Positions 1 to 7,378 of a DNA stretch of 11,100 nucleotides are shown here, piece after piece. The stretch is from an uncultured Pseudomonadota bacterium (GTDB taxonomy: Bacteria; BMS3Abin14): positions 1 to 11,100 of the forward strand of contig CAYVSA010000060.1 in assembly GCA_964454175.1 (NCBI GenBank), read 5' to 3'. Made by a program: the position numbers and the translations under genes. Position 1 is the first letter of the stretch; each line of letters begins with the position of its first letter. The notes beneath the pieces were generated by a model. That model was not told the DNA's origin. It did not search any database and was given only the letters and a program-made list of their open reading frames with translations.

Positions 1-1
1 G

Positions 2-127
2 TTTCCATTTCTGAAGGACCTGCCGGGGGAACCGTCTGATTTCGTTGGAGTGAGAGTTGATTTCAAGGAGGTCCTGCTCACTGACAACACGGTCCAGTTC
101 GGCCACACGGAGACCGTGAACTACTGA
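2..127 (+). CDS. 3' end of a CDS running in from the left edge; possibly a pyridoxamine 5'-phosphate oxidase-like (FMN-binding split barrel) protein
   Basis: Open frame from base 2 reads FPFLKDLPGEPSDFVGVRVDFKEVLLTDNTVQFGHTETVNY, with TGA at 125-127 followed by a terminator. The product guess rests only on remembered resemblance of the C-terminal pattern. Confidence 0.6.
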   Translation, partial: FPFLKDLPGEPSDFVGVRVDFKEVLLTDNTVQFGHTETVNY

Positions 128-151
128 TTTCCAGAAAATACCGATTAAATG

Positions 152-185
152 GGCCGGCTTTTTGAAAGTCGGCCTTTTTTATTTT
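152..185 (+). terminator. Rho-independent terminator
   Basis: Stem GGCCGGCTTT (152-161) / AAAGTCGGCC (165-174) with one G-U pair and a TTG loop, followed by TTTTTTATTTT; begins 25 nt after the stop at 127. Confidence 0.85.
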
Positions 186-237
186 TAGGGTATTATAGGT
201 AATGATCTCTGTATTCTTCTTAAAGCGGGAGGCAATT

Positions 238-762
238 ATGTTAAAGAGGTTTCTAGGTACCGCGGTTGTTTTACTGCTCCTTTTTCCGATAACGGCGAAC
301 AGCGGCAGCACCGATGTACAAAAGAGCGGGGCGATCATCCTGTTCGCCGCCGCCGATGGGGTGCACGGTATGGAGCTGTGGGCCAGCGACGGCAGCTTCG
401 GGGGCACAGTTATGATAAAAGATATCAACCCGGGACCATCAGGATCGGGCCCGGGTGAGATGGTGATTCTGAACGGCCGGACCATTTTCAGCGCTTACTC
501 AAATAACAGCGGCCGTGAGCTCTGGATAACGGACGGGAGAAAAAATGGAACCGTCCTTCTCAGGGACATCCGGTCGGGAAAGGAAGACTCGTTCCCTACG
601 AACCTGACTGCTGTTAACGGGCGCGTGTTTTTCAGAGCCGATGACGGCAAAAACGGTCTGGAGCTCTGGGTGACAGACGGCACGTCTGAAGGCACTAAGA
701 TGGTGAAGGACATAAATCCTGCAGGTGACGCCGTACCAACTGACATTACCGTCGTGAAATAG
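238..762 (+). CDS. Secreted ELWxxDGT-repeat protein (174 aa, three repeats)
   Basis: RBS GGGAGG just upstream of ATG 238 (preferred to 202). Signal peptide MLKRFLGTAVVLLLLFPITANS. Repeats ELWASDGS, ELWITDGR and ELWVTDGT, each followed by GT-x-x-(I/L/V)-(K/R)-D-I. Confidence 0.9.
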   Translation: MLKRFLGTAVVLLLLFPITANSGSTDVQKSGAIILFAAADGVHGMELWASDGSFGGTVMIKDINPGPSGSGPGEMVILNGRTIFSAYSNNSGRELWITDGRKNGTVLLRDIRSGKEDSFPTNLTAVNGRVFFRADDGKNGLELWVTDGTSEGTKMVKDINPAGDAVPTDITVVK

Positions 763-782
763 CGAGGGAGAAGGGATTTATT

Positions 783-1751
783 ATGATGAACCTGATTCGA
801 AAGCTATTTGGATTTTCGAGGGCAGGTGATAATACAGGGAAGAAGCAAAACGTATCAATTGAAATCGACTCACAGCTGGAGCTAATCGGCACCGGAGGTG
901 AGAAGAAGACCGCCGCCCTGAAGGCCCTGGGCAATATTGCCAGCGACTTTGACAATCGCCTGGAGATACTTAACCGGATGATCGTCCATCCAGACGGCAA
1001 TGTCCGCGCAGCGGTACCGGAATTTCTAAGGTCCATAGACCCCGATCCAATTGAGCCCCTTCTGGAAGTGTACTATTCGGGCGACCTTGACCTGACCTCC
1101 CGGACGCTGGAGCTATTCAGACTTCTCAGTGGCTTCACTTCGCCCTTTCTCTTCGACCGGGTGCGTGGCGAGGACGAGGAGGAGCAAAGGCAGGCACTTC
1201 ATGTCCTTTCTGCCATGGGCAGCGATGCCGTATCCCACTTCCTTGTGGCACTTTCAGATCAGTCAATAGCCCTTCGCAGAGGAGCTGCCCTCTGTCTCGC
1301 TCGCATGGGAGATGAGGCACGGATGGCCGTCACAGCGCTGGTCGAAGCCCTGGGAGACGAAGACGATGATGTACGGTTCAGAGCTGCCTTTGCCCTGAAG
1401 CAAATGGGTGGGGTTGAGTACCGTGAAGAAGCGGACGCGGTTATCAAGGAGCTGGCAGAACCCCTGGGGGCCCTCGACACCATGGAGATCTACCACGCGG
1501 AAAGCTCCCTGGAAAGGGCCCGCATAGTCTCAGAACACCCGGTCACCGGGGAGATCTTGGAGGACGGAAGGGGAGGGCGTTTCCTGACTCCGGAAGAAGA
1601 CGACAGGGGAGGGGGAATGGGGGCTGTCAAAATCCTTGGCCATTCCATGGTAGTTTATCCCGGGCTGGGTAAAGTGGTGGAGGTTTCCGGGGTATACGAC
1701 AGGGAGATCGGTCTTCTTGCGGAGGAAGTCAAACCTGTTGAGAGACCTTGA
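783..1751 (+). CDS. HEAT-repeat (PBS lyase HEAT-like) protein with probable C-terminal OB-fold-like domain
   Basis: HEAT units such as ALSDQSIALRRGAALCLARMG, ALGDEDDDVRFRAAFALKQMG and HPDGNVRAAVPEFL. Purine-rich RBS GAGGGAGAAGGG; starts 20 nt after the ELWxxDGT stop. The start may be 783 or 786. Confidence 0.85.
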   Translation: MMNLIRKLFGFSRAGDNTGKKQNVSIEIDSQLELIGTGGEKKTAALKALGNIASDFDNRLEILNRMIVHPDGNVRAAVPEFLRSIDPDPIEPLLEVYYSGDLDLTSRTLELFRLLSGFTSPFLFDRVRGEDEEEQRQALHVLSAMGSDAVSHFLVALSDQSIALRRGAALCLARMGDEARMAVTALVEALGDEDDDVRFRAAFALKQMGGVEYREEADAVIKELAEPLGALDTMEIYHAESSLERARIVSEHPVTGEILEDGRGGRFLTPEEDDRGGGMGAVKILGHSMVVYPGLGKVVEVSGVYDREIGLLAEEVKPVERP

Positions 1752-1886
1752 ACCTGCTTTCAGGCCCTTGCCTTTTCTGGTGTGCCGACCGAGTACACGG
1801 GAGTTTTTCATTTGCCGCTGCTTATCTGTTTTCCAGTTGAATCAATGAAATAGTTAATCACTTTTTTTTCGTTTATATCATATATC

Positions 1887-2225
1887 TCAACCATTGCTTT
1901 TTAGTCCGCTTATCAACCCCAATTTTCTACACTCCAGAGTCCTGGAAATATAGCAGCCGGATTCTTCAACTCCATATTCATCAATCATTGGGCGATAATC
2001 TTTTTTCTTTTTAATCTTCCCGTAGCAAACGAGGTAGTTATTTGTTCTGCAATCTCGTACCTGGTCTCCTTTCAGGCGGTCGACAACTTTCCCGGAGTTG
2101 TCCTTGAACTCAAGGACCTTTTTGCCAAGACGGCCCTTGATCACCAGGGTTTGTTTGGCATGGGCAGCAGAGGAGGGGTACATCAGGAAAACAATAATGA
2201 TGTGAAAAACAATAAATTACTTCAC
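1887..2225 (-). pseudogene. Small exported 4-Cys protein with an in-frame TAA at codon 3 (pseudogene or sequence error)
   Basis: Extending the 1887..2183 ORF upstream gives GTG AAG TAA TTT ATT GTT... = M K * F I V F H I I I V F L M Y P S S A A H A | K Q, a complete signal peptide with an AHA cleavage site broken by TAA at 2217-2219. The mature part has two C-x7-C motifs. Confidence 0.6.
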
Positions 2226-2261
2226 GTGGATCTACCTTTTATCTTCACGACCCAACTCCTG

Positions 2262-3275
2262 CTAATCAAGGAAATCCAGGACTTCCTTCCCTTTAACCCT
2301 AACCGAAGCCAGGCCATCCTTAAAGTAGCTGGCGCTGGCATAGTAAGGCTTTAAGAGAAATTTCTCATCCCTGTCGATGAGTCCCCACCGGTCCTTTACC
2401 TTCACCCAGGCTACACCGTTTCTAAAGGAATTGGCGCTCTGGTAGCGGGCATCGCTTGTGAAATTGCCCGTTTTATCGATGTAAGCCCACTTCTTTTCCT
2501 TGATCTCCACAGCAATGCGCCCTTCACTAAAACCGCTCCCCATTCCAACATAGTAGAACTTCTGCGGAAAGGCCCAGTTCCCTTTCTTGTCCACAAATCC
2601 CCATCTCTTTTCCAGGGCGGCAGCCAGGCCCTCGGAAAAGGTGAATGTTTCCCTGAAACGGGCCGGAATGACCGTCCTTCCCGATTGGTCGATGTAGCCG
2701 TAAAGCTTGCCCCGCAGGTTGACTGCGGACATACCCTCGGAAAAAGAACCCGGCGATGACCAAACCCCCCCAGCTCCCAGGACCGGCTTGATAACCATTT
2801 TCCCTGACTTGTCTATGAATCCCCATGTCCTGCCGTTCAGCGTAACTGCCGCAAGCCCCTCGGAAAAACCGCTGGCTCTCATGAAGGTTGGTTTGATGAC
2901 CATTTGTCCTTTCCTGTTAATATAACCGTAGCGGCCCTTGTCCTTTTGGTACCGCCTGCCGCCAACCTTTACTACTGCAAGCCCTTCGGAAAAACTGCTG
3001 GCCGATGTATACTTTGCCGGGATGACCATACGCCCCTTGCCGTCTATAAAACCGTCCCTCTTTCGACCCTTGTCGTTCTTGATAGTAACGAGTGCAAGCC
3101 CATCGGTAAAACCGTGAGTCATCTCATATTTCGGTTTGATGACCAACTTCCAGGACCGGTTTATGAAGCCCCACTTTTCGCCGACCTTTACTGATGCGAG
3201 CCCATCCTTAAATATACCGGCGCCTTCGTAGGTCGGCGGTAAGACCCAATTTCCCGAAGTATCAATGTAGCCGGA
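2262..3275 (-). repeat. Nine tandem WG (KWG-type) repeats, coding
   Basis: Repeat cores SGYID, WGFIN, DGFID, YGYIN, WGFID, YGYID, WGFVD, WAYID and WGLID, each followed by an F-x-(E/D/N)-G motif. DNA-level echoes GCAAGCCC.TCGG.AAAAC occur near 2851, 2977 and 3095. Confidence 0.9.
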
Positions 3276-4652
3276 CCTCCCGTCGATGAACATTTTCAGG
3301 GCATTGACAACCTTCTGTCGTGTTTTAGCTTCTTTCTCCCTGATTGCTAGCAGCTCATGTTTCACACCATCTTCCCTGCCAAACTCCAGTTGGAACTTGG
3401 CTATTTTCAGCATTGTATCTGCCAATTCCAGGGGTTTGTATCCCCTGCCTTCCTTTGCCTCAGCGTCAGCACCATTTTCCAGGAGCACTTTCAGGGTGGC
3501 ATAGTCCCCTATAGAAGATGCAAAATGAATTGGTGCCCAGTTGGCAACGGAGTCATTAAACAGCTGGCTCTTCCGGTTTACCTTGGCCTTGTGCTCTATG
3601 AGTAAGCGGACTACTTCTGCGCTGCTGGATGATGCCGCCAGCATGAGGGGAGTAATATCGTTTCTGTCACGAGCATCGACCTTGAGTTTTCTTGCGATAA
3701 GTTCCTTGACGACCTCAGCCTGACCGCCTTTTGCAGCTGCGTGAAGTAAGGTTCTTTTGGTATTCGGATCCTTGAACTTGACTTTGGCGCGATTTTCCAG
3801 GAGCAGTCTGAAAATGGATGTATGTCCACCTTCTGCGGCCTGAAAGATGGGTGGAGTATCCAGGCCCCTCCCGTTCACATTCGCTCCTTTTTTAATTAGA
3901 TACCGAACTATTTCCTCGTGGCCGTAAAAGGCGGCCCTGCCGAGGGGGTAATTGCCATACATGTCGGAAAGGCTTACATTAGCACCGTTGTCGATGGCTT
4001 CCTTTACCCACTCCAGTTCGCCCACAATGGCACCTGCGGAAAGTTCGATCCCAAGTTCCTGCTGCCTGGCAAGTTTTTGGTCCTTTCTCCAGACAACTCC
4101 CGAACTTACGAGCATCTCGTCCACATCAACATACTTCTCATAATTGGTGCACACTGGCTGAGTAACCAACCAGGTTGACTGGGTCCTGGTGGACCAGTCG
4201 GTTCTATACTCGTAATGAGACGTTTCACCCCAACTGCTGCACTTTGAACCCTGGTTGTAGGAGTGTTCCTTAGCCTTGTCCCCGGTGATGACTACCAGAT
4301 CACCGCCGCTTTTGGCAGCCAGTTTCAGAAGAGCAGCGGTTGGATCGTCCTTGTGAACTATTTCGGTGCAGTCAGTCAGTCCGAATTTGCATCGCTTGGT
4401 GACGAATTTTACTTCTGCCAACCCGATCCTCGCGTAGCCGCTGCCTGCCAGTTCCGTATCCAGTTCATCAAATGTCCCCCTCCTGACGACTACCTTTCCG
4501 GAGCGGGAGCTGTATTTTGCTTTTTGAATGAAAGGCCTGAACTCGAGTGTTTCCTTTTTCTCCTTCTTTCCCTTGGCAAGAGCTGGAGGAGGCTGGATGA
4601 CGAAACTAAATAACGCTATTAGGGAAACTGAAAGTATACGAAGGTTTCTCAC
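2262..4652 (-). CDS. Secreted multidomain protein (796 aa): RcsF/YbjQ-like N-domain, 6-7 ankyrin repeats, 9 WG repeats
   Basis: AGGAGG lies 6 nt before GTG at 4652, giving the signal peptide MRNLRILSVSLIALFSFVIQPPPALA (preferred to 4736). Ankyrin units include GNYPLGRAAFYGHEEIVRYLIKKGANVN. WG units read (W/Y)G(F/Y)I(D/N)xxG...F(S/K)(E/D)GLA. Confidence 0.92.
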   Translation of the reverse strand: MRNLRILSVSLIALFSFVIQPPPALAKGKKEKKETLEFRPFIQKAKYSSRSGKVVVRRGTFDELDTELAGSGYARIGLAEVKFVTKRCKFGLTDCTEIVHKDDPTAALLKLAAKSGGDLVVITGDKAKEHSYNQGSKCSSWGETSHYEYRTDWSTRTQSTWLVTQPVCTNYEKYVDVDEMLVSSGVVWRKDQKLARQQELGIELSAGAIVGELEWVKEAIDNGANVSLSDMYGNYPLGRAAFYGHEEIVRYLIKKGANVNGRGLDTPPIFQAAEGGHTSIFRLLLENRAKVKFKDPNTKRTLLHAAAKGGQAEVVKELIARKLKVDARDRNDITPLMLAASSSSAEVVRLLIEHKAKVNRKSQLFNDSVANWAPIHFASSIGDYATLKVLLENGADAEAKEGRGYKPLELADTMLKIAKFQLEFGREDGVKHELLAIREKEAKTRQKVVNALKMFIDGRSGYIDTSGNWVLPPTYEGAGIFKDGLASVKVGEKWGFINRSWKLVIKPKYEMTHGFTDGLALVTIKNDKGRKRDGFIDGKGRMVIPAKYTSASSFSEGLAVVKVGGRRYQKDKGRYGYINRKGQMVIKPTFMRASGFSEGLAAVTLNGRTWGFIDKSGKMVIKPVLGAGGVWSSPGSFSEGMSAVNLRGKLYGYIDQSGRTVIPARFRETFTFSEGLAAALEKRWGFVDKKGNWAFPQKFYYVGMGSGFSEGRIAVEIKEKKWAYIDKTGNFTSDARYQSANSFRNGVAWVKVKDRWGLIDRDEKFLLKPYYASASYFKDGLASVRVKGKEVLDFLD
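3415..4052 (-). repeat. Ankyrin repeat array (six complete plus one partial), coding
   Basis: ~33-aa units with cores YPLGRAA, PPIFQAA, TLLHAAA, TPLMLAA, APIHFAS and KPLELA, and tails such as LIKKGANVN and LLENGADAE. Confidence 0.9.
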
Positions 4653-4753
4653 AATGGGCCTCCTATGCCACAAAAGGGCAGGCCGATAGGAACAGTATTT
4701 TTGGGATAGCTTGTCCATTTCGTCGCGGTTTAACATCTTGAAATCATGGGACT

Positions 4754-4782
4754 TATATATGGAGTAAGATTCTGTGTCTCAA
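4754..4782 (-). promoter_or_regulatory. Possible internal sigma70-type promoter for the ankyrin/WG gene
   Basis: Minus strand TTGAGA (4782-4777), 17-nt spacer, TATATA (4759-4754), within the 169-nt gap between genes. The -10 is imperfect. Confidence 0.35.
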
Positions 4783-4821
4783 CTTTCCTTTCTGTGAAAA
4801 TGAGACTTGTCTCGAGCATGA

Positions 4822-6762
4822 TTACCGTGGGATCTTCACGGGCTGAGCTACCAGAAAAACCCCGTAGTTACTCTCATCATCAGCCAGAACCTCCTCCTGG
4901 AATTTTTCAGGAGAAATCCTGAGAGCATGGTGGTATACGATGCCCCGCTTATGGTCGAGCATGTTCCACAGGCCCCTCGAGTTCCAGTTTGTCGATTCAT
5001 GGTAGCCTGTGGAATCCGGTGAAAGCGGTGTGAAAGCTGCCTTACCCGTGGGCAGATGGACAACATACAGGCCGGTAAAGCCGCCCTCCAGGTGAGGGCG
5101 ATAGACGTAATCTCCATCCTGGGCCGACAGATAAGCTCCATAAAGCGACCGCCTTACAAATTCCAGTTTTTTCAATTCGCCCTGGTCACTTTTTGACACG
5201 TTCATTCTCATCTTGTCTCCCAGCTCCTTCATGGCAAAGAGGAAGCTGAGCCGGGCAAAGGCTCCGGAGTATGCACTCTCGATCCTGGATCGACTGTAGT
5301 ACTGGTTGGACAGGTTCTGTGATATCCGTGCCTGCTGCGTGAAATAATCCGCTGACCCCCCCCTGGTTGTCCGCAGGCCCTTCGTCAGGCTCCCTGCGCG
5401 TTCCTGGAGACGGCCGATGAAGCTGTCAAAAAAGTCAAGGTGGGTTTGGGGTGTAAGGGGCGTTATACCGTGTTTCCAGCGTCGCTTGCCGGATGCAGCA
5501 TCAAAGCCTGCGATGATAACCTCCCCGATGTAGATGACCGTTTTTCCGTACTTTTTGATCTGGACCGGGAAGGAGCGTCCTGCCTGAGAGGCAAGGCTTG
5601 TGAAGATCTCTTTCCCGGTTGCTAGATCCAGGCAGATAACTTTAGAGGGTGTCGAAAAATAAATTCGGCGCCCATCTTCTATGAGATTGCTAACAGCCGG
5701 TTCTTTTCCGGAATATCTCCAGAGTTTCTTCCAGTCTGATTTTCTCAGAACCTCCATGATGTGTACGGGTGGGCGGTTTTCTGCCTGGATTATCCCGCGC
5801 AGATAGACACGGTCCTGCATGGGATAGATGTTGGTGTACATGACGGACTTATCCAACTGAACGGATCCGGCTGCTTTCCCTGTTACGGAATCCACGGTAT
5901 GCAGCGACCCCTCGTGATCCAAAACGAGAAGTTTGTTTCCGTCCCTCTTCGGCGGCGGGGTCCGTCCGTCAAGGACGATGTAGCCCCTTTCCCACTCGGT
6001 GCTTCCGTCAGTCATTGAGAGCTTCTGCACGCCGGACATGAAATTCAACACGCCATCCTTTGAGATAAGGGGCTTTGGCGGATGTCCGTTTTTCGAGAAT
6101 ATTTTGTAGGAGCGTTCCCACCTGAATTTCCCGTCGAAAAGTCCATAGGCCTGCACGGTGGCCTTCTTTTTCTCCCTCACTACTACCAGGAAAGCTGACT
6201 CCTGAGGGACAGGAAGGATGTCATAGGACTTTTTCTTCTTTTCAAAGGTACCAATCCACAGCTGTTTGCCGTTTTCAGAGTCGATGGCAGCCACGTGGAT
6301 CTTCCGTTTAGCATCATCGTCATTCCTTATCAGGATAAGGTCCTCAAAAGCCATGACCACGTCGGCACCCGAATTGGCCCATCCATCAGGAACGAAGCGC
6401 CACAGGACTTTGCCCTTCGATGTGTCCACCAGGACAGGGTTGCCGCCGATGCCGTATTCGTAGCTGACCAGGAGTCGGTCTTTGGATATGAATCGCATAT
6501 CCCGGACATAGTTTCTATTTCCCAGGACAGTCCACTTCGCTGGTATCTCCTTTGCTGTCGGCATAGCTACAGCAACATTTGCCATTTCCTCGAAAAAATC
6601 ATCCCAGTAACCGGGCCTGGACATTTCTTCAGAAATTGCCTCTATGGTCTTTTTAACGGCCTCATTAATTGCGTCTTGTGCGTCATCGCTGCGGGCGGGT
6701 GTCAGGAGAGGAGTGAAGATCAGGAGCAGGGCAGTGAACAGGGTTGTTAATCGACGGTTCAT
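4822..6762 (-). CDS. Secreted PQQ-like (BamB-type repeat) beta-propeller protein, 646 aa
   Basis: ATG 6762 lies 7 nt after the upstream stop and gives the signal peptide MNRRLTTLFTALLLIFTPLLTPARS (the 6900 start would overlap the lipoprotein gene). Blade motifs: DTSKGKVLW, DSENGKQLW, GLFDGKFRW, SMTDGSTEW, DSVTGKAAG, RKSDWKKLW, DLATGKEIF, DAASGKRRW, HLPTGKAAF. No lipobox, so not called bamB. Confidence 0.88.
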   Translation of the reverse strand: MNRRLTTLFTALLLIFTPLLTPARSDDAQDAINEAVKKTIEAISEEMSRPGYWDDFFEEMANVAVAMPTAKEIPAKWTVLGNRNYVRDMRFISKDRLLVSYEYGIGGNPVLVDTSKGKVLWRFVPDGWANSGADVVMAFEDLILIRNDDDAKRKIHVAAIDSENGKQLWIGTFEKKKKSYDILPVPQESAFLVVVREKKKATVQAYGLFDGKFRWERSYKIFSKNGHPPKPLISKDGVLNFMSGVQKLSMTDGSTEWERGYIVLDGRTPPPKRDGNKLLVLDHEGSLHTVDSVTGKAAGSVQLDKSVMYTNIYPMQDRVYLRGIIQAENRPPVHIMEVLRKSDWKKLWRYSGKEPAVSNLIEDGRRIYFSTPSKVICLDLATGKEIFTSLASQAGRSFPVQIKKYGKTVIYIGEVIIAGFDAASGKRRWKHGITPLTPQTHLDFFDSFIGRLQERAGSLTKGLRTTRGGSADYFTQQARISQNLSNQYYSRSRIESAYSGAFARLSFLFAMKELGDKMRMNVSKSDQGELKKLEFVRRSLYGAYLSAQDGDYVYRPHLEGGFTGLYVVHLPTGKAAFTPLSPDSTGYHESTNWNSRGLWNMLDHKRGIVYHHALRISPEKFQEEVLADDESNYGVFLVAQPVKIPR

Positions 6763-6769
6763 GGAGGTC

Positions 6770-7378
6770 TCAGTTCTTAAGTGAGCGTAAAATATTGATG
6801 AAGTCGCCTTCGATCTCATCTGAATACTCGATGGAAGTGCTCCGTCCCAGGACACCGTACATGCATCCGTAAAGGGAGAGCAGGGCCTGTTCCTTCTCAC
6901 CAGCGAAAGTGGAAAATCCCTGCTTTTCCCCTTTGACTATGGAGCTTAAATCGTAGCGGTAGAAAATTGGGTTCCAGCCCTTCGAGGGGATTTGCTGGCC
7001 GCTCTTGACCATCTGGCTGTCAGGAGCCATGCGGTTTGCCATCCCCTGTGGGTTCTGGTAGGACGTCCGACACCAAACCATGACAGAGCCCTTGTTGCCC
7101 TTTCGGAATACGGCCATCCCGCCTGTTTCCGTTGTGATCTCCCGTCTCAGCTTAAGGGAATCGGGCAGGTCATCAGCCAAGGGCACCTCAGTCCATCCTG
7201 CAGGTACCATAAAGTCCAGCTTCAGGAGTTCGTCCTTGTAGGGTGTCATGTCAGCTGTTATCTGGCCTGAGTCGCCTTTATAGTAGGCCTCGTGGGACAC
7301 ACCGGCGCAGCCGGCAAGAAAGACTGAGCCTGATATCAACACACAGAGTATACAAACCAGAAAACGTAGTGATCGCAT
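6770..7378 (-). CDS. Lipoprotein, probable PsbP/Mog1/DcrB-like fold
   Basis: RBS GGAGGAG 6 nt before ATG; lipobox LAGC at residue 24. LDFMVPAGW near the N-terminus and the final helix DFINILRSL match the usual FxxPxGW ... FxxILxS frame of that fold (fold call is inference). Confidence 0.85.
   Translation of the reverse strand: MRSLRFLVCILCVLISGSVFLAGCAGVSHEAYYKGDSGQITADMTPYKDELLKLDFMVPAGWTEVPLADDLPDSLKLRREITTETGGMAVFRKGNKGSVMVWCRTSYQNPQGMANRMAPDSQMVKSGQQIPSKGWNPIFYRYDLSSIVKGEKQGFSTFAGEKEQALLSLYGCMYGVLGRSTSIEYSDEIEGDFINILRSLKN

Noticed and set aside
1775-1810. Hairpin GTGTGC/GTACAC after the HEAT gene as a terminator
   Set aside because: Short stem with a G-U pair and a T-tract not adjacent to it; too weak to call.
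2620-3115. Recurring ~20-nt DNA motif as a CRISPR array or DGR template/variable repeat
   Set aside because: The copies are degenerate, in frame and encode F-(S/T)-(E/D)-G-L-A of the WG repeats. No cas or reverse transcriptase gene is in the window.
4653-4736. Longer start (4736) for the ankyrin/WG gene
   Set aside because: GTG 4652 has AGGAGG at ideal spacing and places the signal peptide at the N-terminus.
4822-6762. Calling the propeller bamB or a PQQ dehydrogenase
   Set aside because: No lipobox, much longer than BamB, not in a bamB-type context, and no dehydrogenase signature such as the vicinal Cys-Cys was seen.
6763-6900. Longer start (6900) for the propeller gene
   Set aside because: It overlaps the lipoprotein gene by about 130 nt and buries the signal peptide.
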